Positions 15,197-25,500 of a DNA stretch of 64,000 nucleotides are shown here, one piece after another. Each line of letters opens with the position of its first letter. Within the stretch, counting starts at the first letter, position 1. The notes beneath the pieces are model-generated. The model had not been told where the DNA came from. It saw only the letters and a list, made by a program, of their open reading frames with translations, and searched no databases. A program made the position numbers and the translations under genes. The stretch spans positions 1 through 64,000 of the IMG/VR virus record IMGVR_UViG_3300044691_000347, one strand, 5' to 3'. The DNA is from a virus.

Positions 15197-15722
15197 ACGA
15201 GGCCCCCTTCCCGATGATCAGGTAGGCGAGTCCCGCCCATATTTTTCCAACGAGTTGGCCGAGCAGAACACCGCAGATTGCCGCGGCCCCGAACGCGAGT
15301 CCAATGAATACGACGGTGTCGATGACGGCACCCGCGATGGCAGATGCCATGACGGCTGCGCCCCAACGCATGTCGCCGAGACGGGACCGATTCCGTAGCG
15401 GCGTGTAGACAGCAAAGTCCAGCAGTTCGGCGAGCACGAATGCGGCTGTCGAGGCAATCGCGATAGCCGGGCTCGACACCGCATAGGAGACGACGGCAGC
15501 AACTGCAATCACCAGCACGACTGAGAGTTTCCCGATGAGATCTTGGATCGCGTCGCGCAGAACGAGCCCAAGCCCAGCGAAGATAGTCCCTGCGGTCGCT
15601 TGAAGTCCGAACCCGACATCGATGAATCCGTATCGCGATGTGACATAGTTCGCGGCCACAACAGAGGCGACAAGCGCCGTCGCGAAGGCGAGACCGGACA
15701 GTGTCTTTGCGTTCATCTTCAC
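15168..15722 (-). CDS. VUT family (YhhQ-like) queuosine-precursor transporter
   Basis: Multi-TM; VAAN, AGT..AG..LVLRD..Q, IAIAS..AF..AELLDFAVY, IDTVVFI.LAF, GQLVGK. Confidence 0.85.
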   Translation of the reverse strand: MKMNAKTLSGLAFATALVASVVAANYVTSRYGFIDVGFGLQATAGTIFAGLGLVLRDAIQDLIGKLSVVLVIAVAAVVSYAVSSPAIAIASTAAFVLAELLDFAVYTPLRNRSRLGDMRWGAAVMASAIAGAVIDTVVFIGLAFGAAAICGVLLGQLVGKIWAGLAYLIIGKGASYVDRQKSFA

Positions 15723-16342
15723 GCAGCCTCACTCCAGCTGTGCACGCCGAGAACGCCAGCGATATCCGGGGGCGTCCAACCGTTCGGCTTCATCACCTTG
15801 CCGTCAGGGCGTCGAATAGCGATGCCGCCCACCAACTTCGCAAGGTTCGAGCGTTGCACCTCATCCCACACTGCCTGCAAAGGAAGCCCGAGCATGTAGC
15901 CGACGCCAGCGACGCCGTACATTGCGTCATGGATGGCGTTGTCGATGCGGATGAGGTTCCGGTCGTGTGCAGCGTCGAGGATGCAAGCGTGTGCGGACTC
16001 CAAATCCTCACGCACCGACCGGATGTCCTCGCCGGTGAGCGCGGTGAAACCGATCGTGATCCCGTGGATCGGCGCCTTCAGGAAGTCGGTAACGAATCGG
16101 CGCGCGACACCCAGACGGAGAGCGAGACCAGCGAGAACGTAGAGACTGTCGGCCACAGCGTCGGCAGTCTCTACGATGTCCCGGACCTCCAGCGCGGAGT
16201 CCAACTCGCTCAACTCTTCCGCAACCAGGCTCAATGCAAGCTGAAGTTCATCATCGGGCACCCAACCGGGCACAAGCCGCATGCGCACATCGCAGGCGCG
16301 GCTGAAGGTCTCAACGTCCAGCCACAGATTAGAAGTCATCAT
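15719..16342 (-). CDS. MazG-like nucleoside triphosphate pyrophosphohydrolase (duplicated helical module)
   Basis: EELSEL...DAVADSLYV; WDEVQRSNLAK...RPDGKVMKP.GW.PPDI. Confidence 0.8.
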   Translation of the reverse strand: MMTSNLWLDVETFSRACDVRMRLVPGWVPDDELQLALSLVAEELSELDSALEVRDIVETADAVADSLYVLAGLALRLGVARRFVTDFLKAPIHGITIGFTALTGEDIRSVREDLESAHACILDAAHDRNLIRIDNAIHDAMYGVAGVGYMLGLPLQAVWDEVQRSNLAKLVGGIAIRRPDGKVMKPNGWTPPDIAGVLGVHSWSEAA

Positions 16343-17282
16343 GGTCGGGAATCCCCAATCTCATCAGCGGCACGCCAAGACGAGCCCACATTCTTGCCAC
16401 ACTCAGTCGATCATCGAAAACCCCGAGAATCCGGTAGCGGCACCGGATCTGCTGGTCAAAGATGCCGTACTTGACCGTGTAATCCGGTCGCTTATCCCCC
16501 GTGACCCGCATGTGGATCTCATCGAACGGGATGCCGTTGGCACGCAACCATGCCGCGGTCACGTCCTTGCAGGCGTCATCCCTGCCGCTCAAAATTACGA
16601 TCGCCGAATCGGCGGCCAACTTTCGCACCACTTCCACCGTGTGAGCGATCGGGATATCCTCATGCACGCGCGTGTAGTCGTAGATACCGCGAGTCGGGGA
16701 CTTCGTTGCGAGCGTCCCATCAACGTCGACCAGCCATGCCGGCGGAAGGGCTTCATCGGGCACATACGGATCTGGGTAGAAAAACAGATCTGGTGACGGT
16801 TCGACCTTCGGCCAGTTCTTGCGCGGGAACCGTCTGGCGAGCGCCCGAATCGCGTCCTCTCCGACCGTCCTGCCACCAGCTTCACCGCGGGCTTTGTCGC
16901 GGGCTACGCAAACGTCTACGGGAGTGTCGAGGTAGATCGATTCTACGTCGGCGCCGTTCAAGGCCGCTATGTTTGCCCAGCCGCGTGTCCACTGTGCGCG
17001 CAGGTTCATTGCGTCGACGAAGACGTCGAATCCGGCGTCGATGAGCGTTTTCGCCTGTGCCCGTTCGGCTTTAGTGATCACTTGCTCTTGATCGTTCGGG
17101 AGCCGTCCGTGTGCACCGAACAGGGTTACCCGTAAATCGTCACGGGACACGCGAGCAAGCAACGGGTTGGTGGCACGCATCTGCTCGAATAGGCTGGTTT
17201 TTCCTGCTCCAGGCCAACCGATCGGCACATACACTTTCGGGCGACGTGGCGCGTCCACGACTGCCAGTTTCTCGATGCTCAT
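16329..17282 (-). CDS. pnk: Polynucleotide 5'-kinase/3'-phosphatase (T4 PseT-like)
   Basis: P-loop GWPGAGKT, SRDDLR; HAD motifs DVDGT, SGR, FDDR. Confidence 0.9.
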   Translation of the reverse strand: MSIEKLAVVDAPRRPKVYVPIGWPGAGKTSLFEQMRATNPLLARVSRDDLRVTLFGAHGRLPNDQEQVITKAERAQAKTLIDAGFDVFVDAMNLRAQWTRGWANIAALNGADVESIYLDTPVDVCVARDKARGEAGGRTVGEDAIRALARRFPRKNWPKVEPSPDLFFYPDPYVPDEALPPAWLVDVDGTLATKSPTRGIYDYTRVHEDIPIAHTVEVVRKLAADSAIVILSGRDDACKDVTAAWLRANGIPFDEIHMRVTGDKRPDYTVKYGIFDQQIRCRYRILGVFDDRLSVARMWARLGVPLMRLGIPDHDDF

Positions 17283-17896
17283 GCCGATACCACCTCATCG
17301 CGGTTGAAAACGAACTTCTGATAGACGCTCCGGTTGGTGGCACGCATCCGAACGGAGATCCTGTCTCCATGGCGCATTAGGTCCCCGCGGAACGCCCCGT
17401 AGAGCGGCAACGCTGCCGCCACACGGGCCGCTACAGCCACGGCGAACGCTTCGTCGACCTCTCCCCCCAGTTTCATTTCCAAACGTTCTGGGGTGGCTGT
17501 GAGGCGCGCATACTTGTTGCTGCCCCCATAGATGAGCTGCACTTCGGCTGGTGCGCCACTTCGGTCCGGCATCCCATCCGGTTCACGTTCATACAGTTCG
17601 GCTCGGTTGCCTGGATAGGCCGCCCAGCTCAGGTTTTCGCGGCGATCGTTCGACAAGTCTCCATCGGCGTGGATTACATCGACATCACTCGGCATCCAGC
17701 CCAGGAACGCCACCGCTACAAGCCGATCAACGCGAACAACTGAGCGGACACCGTTCTTCACCAAGACGACGTAATTTCGCCCTGCTGCGTGCCCTGGACG
17801 TTGAGGTACCGGCAAACCAGCGCTGCGCACGCTGCCGTGGTCGGATACCTCGCATCCGGGCTCACAACCGGAGATTCGACGCCACTCTTCGGTCAC
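17279..17896 (-). CDS. NUMOD4/HNH-type endonuclease-like protein, possibly degenerate, with an extra C-terminal domain
   Basis: EEWRRI...EVSDHGSVRS; VDRLVAVAF...HADGD..N...NLSW. Confidence 0.65.
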   Translation of the reverse strand: MTEEWRRISGCEPGCEVSDHGSVRSAGLPVPQRPGHAAGRNYVVLVKNGVRSVVRVDRLVAVAFLGWMPSDVDVIHADGDLSNDRRENLSWAAYPGNRAELYEREPDGMPDRSGAPAEVQLIYGGSNKYARLTATPERLEMKLGGEVDEAFAVAVAARVAAALPLYGAFRGDLMRHGDRISVRMRATNRSVYQKFVFNRDEVVSA

Positions 17897-19158
17897 GCAG
17901 CCTCCCCCAGCGATTCGAGGTCGACTTTACCCTTGTCCAACTGTTTGGTCTCGAAAGCGAAGAACGCTGGAGCCTTCGCCTTCGAGAAGTGCGGGGCGAT
18001 GCCCTCCACGCGTACAACAACGCCTTCGTCCACGGTCTTTCCAGGTTCGAGCGGGATGGCGTGCAGATAGCCTTCGTCGCGGTAGCGTTTGTCGAGCCAG
18101 TCTGCGACGGCGAAGTCGGAATGCAGCCCAGTCCACAGTTCCGGGACGTGCTTCAGTCCGCGGTCGCGGCAGAACTCTTTGACGGCTTCCCAAGACAGGT
18201 CGACCGCTATTCCTTGACCGTTCACGACAGCAACGCGGTAGATGTACAGTTCGGCGTCGCCCCTGGGGATGCAATACGTGTAACCGGTCTGTAATGCTGC
18301 ACCGTCCTGCGACCAGCCGACGAGTTCACCGTACACGATGTAGTTTTCGGGAAGCATGCCGTCGAGCCGTTTGCCGTAGTGGGTCCACACGTCGGATTCG
18401 TAGTGATGCTGTTGGCCCTTGTTGTTGGCGTCCTTCACTACTCGACGACTCGCATACACGTAGTCGTGTTCGGTGGTTGCCACCTTGACACCGAACTTGC
18501 GTGCGATTCGGTCGCGGATCGGCAGTGCTCGCGCAACGGTGGTGTGCCCCACGCGGATTGAGGTTCCGTGCAACTTCTGGGTGCAGAGGATGCGAGCATC
18601 CGCGGGGATCTGCGCGGAGACCCGGAAATAGTTGTCGGTCGAAAAATGTTCCGGCATGAACTTTTTGTCGACGCGCGTGAACTTGGCCTTGTTCTTCTCT
18701 GTCAGCGAAGCGCCGTTGCCCTTGACCATGACCTCATATTTGGAGCAAATCGGGTGCCCGTTCAATGTGTCGAATGTGTCGCCGACCTTCAAGTCGTCAA
18801 CGTCGACGCCCGTGAAGGCAAGCGATGCCAACGGCATGAACAGGGCATCTGACCGGTGTCCACGCAGCTTTATGGCACGCACACGTCGGTTGTCACCCAA
18901 GTAGCCCTTGGCGTCGGGTGTGGCATTCAGGTGGGCATGCGCGTGGAGGTCGTTGACCCGCGCGTACTCGTCGCTGAGCTGTGTCTCCGCAGTGAAAACC
19001 ACGCCGACGGTTCCTTGTGCCGTGTCTTTGCCCACGATCGCCTGAAAACCAAGCGCCTGTACACCAACGATGTTGTCGCAGCCATGTAGCTCGTTCGGCG
19101 CGGGGAGCGCTACGACGACGGCGCTGTAATTCGGGTTTGCTGGAGTAGTCAACTTCAT
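17893..19158 (-). CDS. ATP-dependent RNA ligase with an N-terminal OB/tRNA-binding-like domain (DRB0094-like)
   Basis: KLHGT adenylation motif, YGELVG, VPEL, EGVVVR, KAK; N-terminal VRAIKLRG..S. Confidence 0.85.
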   Translation of the reverse strand: MKLTTPANPNYSAVVVALPAPNELHGCDNIVGVQALGFQAIVGKDTAQGTVGVVFTAETQLSDEYARVNDLHAHAHLNATPDAKGYLGDNRRVRAIKLRGHRSDALFMPLASLAFTGVDVDDLKVGDTFDTLNGHPICSKYEVMVKGNGASLTEKNKAKFTRVDKKFMPEHFSTDNYFRVSAQIPADARILCTQKLHGTSIRVGHTTVARALPIRDRIARKFGVKVATTEHDYVYASRRVVKDANNKGQQHHYESDVWTHYGKRLDGMLPENYIVYGELVGWSQDGAALQTGYTYCIPRGDAELYIYRVAVVNGQGIAVDLSWEAVKEFCRDRGLKHVPELWTGLHSDFAVADWLDKRYRDEGYLHAIPLEPGKTVDEGVVVRVEGIAPHFSKAKAPAFFAFETKQLDKGKVDLESLGEAA

Positions 19159-19162
19159 TTAC

Positions 19163-19183
19163 CTACGATAGCGTATATCGCAT
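19163..19183. promoter_or_regulatory. Palindromic operator candidate, copy 1
   Basis: CTACGATA-GCGTA-TATCGCAT, 5 nt upstream of the RNA ligase start. Confidence 0.55.
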
Positions 19184-19191
19184 GCGATCGT

Positions 19192-19956
19192 CTACATCGG
19201 ATTCAGACTGTTCGTCTCGACGATCACCGTGTTCTCTGCGATCGGTGAGGAGTCATCGTTGAGGATGTTGACGGTCGTCGAGTAGTCGGCGCCGTTCAGG
19301 GTGGTAGTGAGCCGCCCGTGGTAGTGGCCGGCGTACAGGTGGCGCGGTTTCACGTCATCGACGACTGACCGCAGGAGTTCCCGATGGCATTGCGCGGCAT
19401 AAATTTCGGCCTCCGGGTAGCCGTGCGGGTTGCCTTCGATCCACGGGATTCGGGCGCCTGCGGGCACATCGTGACAGATCATGACGTCGGCGGGTCCGTC
19501 GTCACAGGCCTGTTGTGCTTGCTGCCAGCTGATCGTCTCGTCAGGCCACCACTCGACGCCAGGTGTCCGCCAGGGCCGGTCAACGCTATGCGCGCCACCC
19601 AGCGCGAGGAATCGGATGTCGTTCCATGTCCATCGGTAGGTGCGCGGCAAGTAGAAGATGTTCGGCCGCATCGCGATCGGGGTGATGCCGTGTTCGTCGA
19701 CGAGGGCGTTCAGCCGGGGATGATCCTCATGGTTCCCATCAACGAACCCGAGCGTGAGTCCTGCGTCCTCTAGGGCGTATTGCACGTGCCGCATGAACCG
19801 GTCTGCGAACGTGTAGCCGAAGTCGCCGACATGCAGGATAACTTGGGCACCATTGGCTTTCGCGTATTCGATGGCCCGCTTGGCGAAATGTTGATTTCCA
19901 TGCCAATCACCAGACAACGTGATCGGTGTTGGCGCGAGATCTTCCCAGGTGCTCAT
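19192..19956 (-). CDS. Metallophosphoesterase
   Basis: GDWHG, GDFG, GNHE, CHD, GHYH. Confidence 0.9.
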   Translation of the reverse strand: MSTWEDLAPTPITLSGDWHGNQHFAKRAIEYAKANGAQVILHVGDFGYTFADRFMRHVQYALEDAGLTLGFVDGNHEDHPRLNALVDEHGITPIAMRPNIFYLPRTYRWTWNDIRFLALGGAHSVDRPWRTPGVEWWPDETISWQQAQQACDDGPADVMICHDVPAGARIPWIEGNPHGYPEAEIYAAQCHRELLRSVVDDVKPRHLYAGHYHGRLTTTLNGADYSTTVNILNDDSSPIAENTVIVETNSLNPM

Positions 19957-20310
19957 CGTTCGATCCGTCCGTGTTTGCGCACTTGTTTCCAACGCCGCCA
20001 CACTCGGTCTTGATGGCAGGTGCTTTGATACGGGTTGCAGTCGTCGCATTCGCGTAGGTCGCGGAACTCCCATAGTGCGATGACGAGGACATGGAAACCT
20101 ACCGGAATAGCGAGCGTCTTGCGGTAGTACTCGTCGCCACCGAACCAAGGCCACACGTACGGGCGCAGATGCCCTCGTTTCGGAATCCCCATGTTCGTCA
20201 GCCACATTCGGCCACGGATGGATCGGCGAAGGCCCCGAAGTTCGGCAACTTCTCGTATCAACATGCTGCCCACGTCCTGATCATGTCGTCGGTTGCGTAG
20301 CGATGGTGCT

Positions 20311-20625
20311 TCACGGTTCCCGCTGCGCCCAGGTCTTCATCATGAACGAGGGTGCGTAGCGTTCGGCGGTGCGTTGAATCCATTCACGGCCAACGCGTTC
20401 TGCTGAGTGCACATACAAGAGTCCGGGCCACCATTCGTGTTGTGCCATCCACATGACGAGGGGCCGTGCGGTGTCGCTGCCACCCAAGTCATGGTCGAGA
20501 GACAGTGCCTCCAGTTGCTGTCCGCAGTCTCGGAGCATGGTGAACCAGCAAAGCGCTTCAAGGCTCGACTTCGCCAGCTCCCAACCGTCCGGTGCGGGCC
20601 GGAGGTCATCGACGTACAGTTTCAC
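20311..20625 (-). CDS. Cyclic-phosphate-processing receiver (cREC) domain protein
   Basis: KLYVDDLRPAP.GW...LSLDHDLG...VHS; lies in an RNA-repair neighbourhood. Confidence 0.8.
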   Translation of the reverse strand: MKLYVDDLRPAPDGWELAKSSLEALCWFTMLRDCGQQLEALSLDHDLGGSDTARPLVMWMAQHEWWPGLLYVHSAERVGREWIQRTAERYAPSFMMKTWAQREP

Positions 20626-20831
20626 GCCTCGTGCCCCTCGATCTCGTTGAAGCTGTACAGGCGGGTGACGGGCTCGTCGCAGCCTTCAATCTCGAAGGCG
20701 ACACGACAGCCGCTGGACGACACATAGGTCACGAAGCCTTCTTCAACGCGGCGGCCGACCTCCATCATCAGTCGGTCGCCGACCTTCAACCGTCGCTTCA
20801 CCGTTCATTTGCCGCAAGGATCGGGCTCGCC

Positions 20832-21299
20832 TCAGCCTTGGATGTCATATCGTTCGATTCCGCCTTCACCATGCTGATTGGCTTGTGCGGCAGCCCAATT
20901 CAGGAGTGGCAGCACGATTTCGCGACGTGCTTTGCTGGTCGTGTGCACGGTCCCGAAGTCGGCGTAATCGTCGGCCCACGTGAACATGAGGCCGGGACCG
21001 CGTCGGCGTAGGTTCCGGGACGTCGATGCCACGACGTTCTCTGTCCGGTAGTCGAGTAGTCCAATCCACAGTTCGGGATCGTCGCTGGTGTACTTCACGC
21101 CCGATTCCCACATGTGTCCTTCCGGCGGGGACGGCAGATGGGATCGGAACTCCTCCACCAGATCGAAGGCATGCCCGTAGGTTTCGACGGCCGTGACGGT
21201 CGGCGAGATTGGTGGCGGTGGTTTCCGATGCATCGCACGCACGAGGTACACCCAGGCGACAGATAGGGAGACACCGCATGCCAGCCCAAACAAGAACAT
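20832..21299 (-). CDS. Membrane-anchored hypothetical protein
   Basis: N-terminal TM followed by a Pro linker. Confidence 0.55.
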   Translation of the reverse strand: MFLFGLACGVSLSVAWVYLVRAMHRKPPPPISPTVTAVETYGHAFDLVEEFRSHLPSPPEGHMWESGVKYTSDDPELWIGLLDYRTENVVASTSRNLRRRGPGLMFTWADDYADFGTVHTTSKARREIVLPLLNWAAAQANQHGEGGIERYDIQG

Positions 21300-21333
21300 G
21301 TGATCTATCCTACTCGTTGCAATAGCGTAGATC

Positions 21334-22005
21334 CTACTCAAGGATGCCGGGGGGAAGTTCGGCGCCGAGCAATGAAGCTAGGAAGCGGAAGCGGTCTGGC
21401 GCCCAACTCGTCTCGCAGGCCGCGCATGTGGCGGATGAGGTGTCGGCTTGCAGCACGTATCGCCGCACTTGCTCGCCGCTGCCGTCGTCGATGAGTTGTG
21501 TGGTTTCCCCGCAGGATGGGCAGGGCGCGCGCAGCTCCCACGTATGCGTAACCTCGGTCGGCAGGAGGATGTTCGCCCGTTCTACCCAGCCTTGCACTTC
21601 GCGTGTGTACCGCTTCAAGTCCGCCAACTCATACGGTGACCACGGCCAGTCGACGAGGATGTAGAGGCGTTGCACGGTGATCGGCAGGCCCGGGTATTTC
21701 TCGGCGAGATCTCCGAGGATGGGCCACCAGCGTGCCACGGTCTGATCAATGCGCACCACCAGCGACAGAGCGTCAGTCCATCCGGGCGGGCGGCTTCCGG
21801 GTGTTGGCCGGCGAGTGGTCCCGTCCGCGTGCCGTTCACCGTGGCGGGCATCCAGGAGTTCGGTGTACAGGCTGTCCCGCACGATGGCTTCCCGGCTGAA
21901 GTCGTCGCGCTCGATCGCATCGGGCCGCAAAGCGATCAGGTCGTGTACGGCGTCGGAGAATGCTGCGATTGCGCCCGCGGTTAGTTCGCTGGTTGCTTCA
22001 CTCAT
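21334..22005 (-). CDS. Actinophage zinc-ribbon protein (possible late regulator)
   Basis: GSRPPGW.DAL, CPSCG...CAAC...W at the C-terminus. Confidence 0.65.
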   Translation of the reverse strand: MSEATSELTAGAIAAFSDAVHDLIALRPDAIERDDFSREAIVRDSLYTELLDARHGERHADGTTRRPTPGSRPPGWTDALSLVVRIDQTVARWWPILGDLAEKYPGLPITVQRLYILVDWPWSPYELADLKRYTREVQGWVERANILLPTEVTHTWELRAPCPSCGETTQLIDDGSGEQVRRYVLQADTSSATCAACETSWAPDRFRFLASLLGAELPPGILE

Positions 22006-22552
22006 GGGCGACGACTCCGAGTGCTTTGAGTATGCGCATGTTGTGGCGGGCGTCTTCCAGCGCGTTGTGTTCGCCTTCGTCCTGCTGGGGCGGCTCGAAT
22101 CCGGGGACAGCCTCGATGGCCTGCCGGATGTCGTGAGTCCATATCGGCAGACCTTCGGGCAGCTTGACCATCGGACCCCACAGCTGGCAGAGCGCCACAT
22201 GGTCGTAAGCGCCATAGTCCGCCCAGAGCTTCGGCTTGCCCGCGGAGAGAAGGAATTCGCGGATCTCGTTGGCGATCACCCATTTCGGTTTCACCAGGGT
22301 CGATGAGGTGTCGAGCACGCCGTCACTCGCGCTGCCGACATAGCCGGTGGATGGGCGACGGCCACGTAGAGGGAGGGACGGCCACACATTGTCCATCAGC
22401 CAGCGGTGTTTGTTGATGCGTTCGACGGGCATATCGGAGTTGACTGCGTAATATTCGCGTCCGTCCTCGCAAACCACACCGGTCGAGATCAGTTCGATGG
22501 TGCGGCCGTCCTCCAAGAATTCGAGGTCGTAGGCGTAGATGGTCTCACTCAT
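21998..22552 (-). CDS. 3'-5' exoribonuclease (Rv2179c-like DEDDh)
   Basis: YDLEFLEDG, AYDHV, HNALEDA. Confidence 0.85.
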   Translation of the reverse strand: MSETIYAYDLEFLEDGRTIELISTGVVCEDGREYYAVNSDMPVERINKHRWLMDNVWPSLPLRGRRPSTGYVGSASDGVLDTSSTLVKPKWVIANEIREFLLSAGKPKLWADYGAYDHVALCQLWGPMVKLPEGLPIWTHDIRQAIEAVPGFEPPQQDEGEHNALEDARHNMRILKALGVVAHE

Positions 22553-25500
22553 CGGTGTCGTCTTCGTCTGCCACCCATTCATAAATGCACATCCCGTCGA
22601 GGTCGACACCGGCGCGGACAAAACGCATCCGCGGCATATCGGCTGGCAGCGGGCCACCCTTGGCGTACTCGTGTTCATTCACCGGTGTCGTCTCCGTCGT
22701 GTTGGTGTTCGGGGCGTACGCATCGAAAGTCGTGGTCCCAAAGGCATTCGTTGGGGCGCATTTCGGCGGGATACCAGTAGTCGCGCTGCCAGCCGCGGTT
22801 GCGTTGTGCCTGCGTACCGATCATGATCACGGTCTCCGCGGAGTCACGGCTTCACGCTCGGGTTTGCTGCGATGTTCGCGGTTCCGGCGCCAACGGTTCA
22901 GCATTCGCAGTCCTCCCAATGCTTGCGGCATCGAGCACAGTTGTCGCCGTCGAGCCAGTCGGCCATGTCGTCAAAGTCGTCATCCAACATCCGGGGTCTC
23001 CTCCGGTTTGTTGCCGAACAGGCTGTCGACTGTGACTGGTTTGTTGGCGTGTTGGAGTGCGTGCGTGACGGACAACGCTTTTATGTCGGCGGCGTTCAGG
23101 TGTTCGCCTTGCCACAGGATGCAGCCGTGGGAGACGCATTTGATTTCCTGCATGGATGGCCTTTTACCCGACATCGTTGATGCCATCTGACGCTTGCACC
23201 TTCGCCAGAAACCAAGCAATCCCCGCCAGCCATGCAAGAACTGCCGCGGCCAAGATGCTAATCGCAGTCCGGCTCATCGGGCTCACCAACCTCAGACCCG
23301 TAAGGCGATAGATTCCGGTCGACCCCGATATGGCCGGGCATGTAATACTCTGTCGGCACATCATCTTCCCAGTCGTCCACAAAATCATCTACGAAATCAT
23401 CGGCAGTCCGAATCATGCCGTCTTCGATGCTTCCCATTGCCGTCTCCTTGATTGGCTAGATCAAGAATATCGGCGAAGTCAAACCGCGCGGTTCGAGACG
23501 GTTTTCAACCGGCAGCCTGCCGGAACCACGCCCAATACGGGGCATCAAACTTGCGCCAGTACAGAGCGTCGAGAGCGTAGCCGTGCCCCTCAATGGTCGG
23601 CGCGCAGCATTCAAACTCGCTGGCAGTGAGAGTCACCAAATCTTCGTCCGTCATCTCCGCAATCCAGCCCACATACCGGAGGCCGTCCATTCGACTCCCG
23701 GACCAAATGCCGTCGCCCACTGCGGGAAGAAAGGGTAGCGGTTTCGGGGCCGTCATCACCGCATACGACCATGCCGAACCATGCCTGATTGCCTTTGCCG
23801 TGAACGACAATGTCCCCGATATTGACGATCAGTTCGCCACGGTTGAACGCTTCTCTCACGGCCTCAGTGAAATGCAGTTCGCAAGTCAACGCGCCCGCCT
23901 CCCTCCTGGGTTGAGCATGAATTCGTATGCCCGAATGTCGGCTAGGATGCCGCGCTGGACGGCATCCAATTCCCAATCGTCGCCAGCGGTTTTGAAACCA
24001 TCCAACGTCCAACCCAGTGCCTCTACATGGGCAGTCAGGCTAGCCAACTCATCGCGCACCAGCTCAAGAGTGAGCATGCGGACGGTGGTCACGGCCGAAA
24101 GATGCTTTCGACGGCTGCAACAACCTGCTGCGGCAACTGCTGCACTTCCACACTCACGGCGGCTACTACTTGCGCGGGCAACTGCGGCAGGTCGCCGGCG
24201 AGCGGCGCCACAACGTCATCGACTGCTTTCGACACGGCCGCGACAACAGCTTGAGTGACTGCTTCAGCGAGCGCGGGTGTCTGGTCTGCGATCGTCTGCC
24301 CGATCTGTTCGGCGAGTGCTACCGCGATCAGGTCAGCGATGTTCGTAAGAATCTTGTTCAATGGAGCCACACTCCTTCGTCGGTCTGGGCCGGATCAGGT
24401 TTCGGTGGCTGAGGTATTTCACCTTCAAGTTCAAACCGAATGCGAAACCACTCCCGGAAATATTCGGCAGGCCATGCAACGGATTGCCGCTCAAAATCGA
24501 AGCGTGGCTCTTGGCGCATCCCGCACCGGTACTGGATGCCCAGCCAAGTAACCTTGAAGCCATCTACGTCGTTGCCGTGGATCTCGAAGTGGGGCATCCC
24601 GACTCCTACCCGTACGAGCAGTTCAGGTGCCAGCCGAGACCATCAGCGGGCATGCTCAGTTCCAGCAGCTCGACGAACCGGGCGATAAGATCGTCCCAAC
24701 CAGGATCTACGGCGAGAGGATTGAGCTTGATCGAACCGTAGTCGTCGGCAGTCTGAACGGACGCCTTGACCTGCAACGCCCAAAACTCGTCGCCTTCATC
24801 GGAGCCATAGGTTACGAGCCCGACTGGATATGCTCTCAGAAATGCCCATCGCTCACTCCATGAGCCGCCCTCGAAGCCAAGGCACGCAGCCATCTTTTCT
24901 TCGCGGTCGTCGCTGTTATCTTCAGCTTCCTGCCACCAGTCCGGGGCGGTCGACTCGTAATCCGAGTCATACATCATGCCAAGGTCGTAGCCGTAATACA
25001 GGTCGGCGCTCGGGCTGCTACCCATTTAAACTTCTCCAATCGCAGCCGCATCCGGACTGTCTGATACTGATCGGCGGGTTCTTTTCACCCGCGCACGCTT
25101 CGATCATGTCGGCAGCCAGCTTGGCTGCTTCGTCGCGGTGTTCGTCCCGCCAGTCTTGAGCAGCTTTCAAATCCATTTCCGCGAGCTTCTGGGCTGCCAG
25201 CGGAGACAGCATGAGCCGTCCGTCCGCGGTCTGCACGAAAATCTGATCTTCCCGGATGATCTCGCGCAAGCTATCCAGTTTGGCGCGCATCGCCCCCGGA
25301 TCGAAACCCGGCCTCACTTCTTCGCCTTCGACTTCTCTTCAGCAAACTTGACTGCCCCGAGGGTGAGCAAAGAGAGTACGAGCACACCCAATTCAACCCA
25401 AAGCGGGATCAAGACGTACCACCAGGGCCAGCCGACGAGGCCCACGGTTTTCAATGTTACAAAGATCAGCAGAAGCACAGTCATGTAACCGGGGGTGCTG

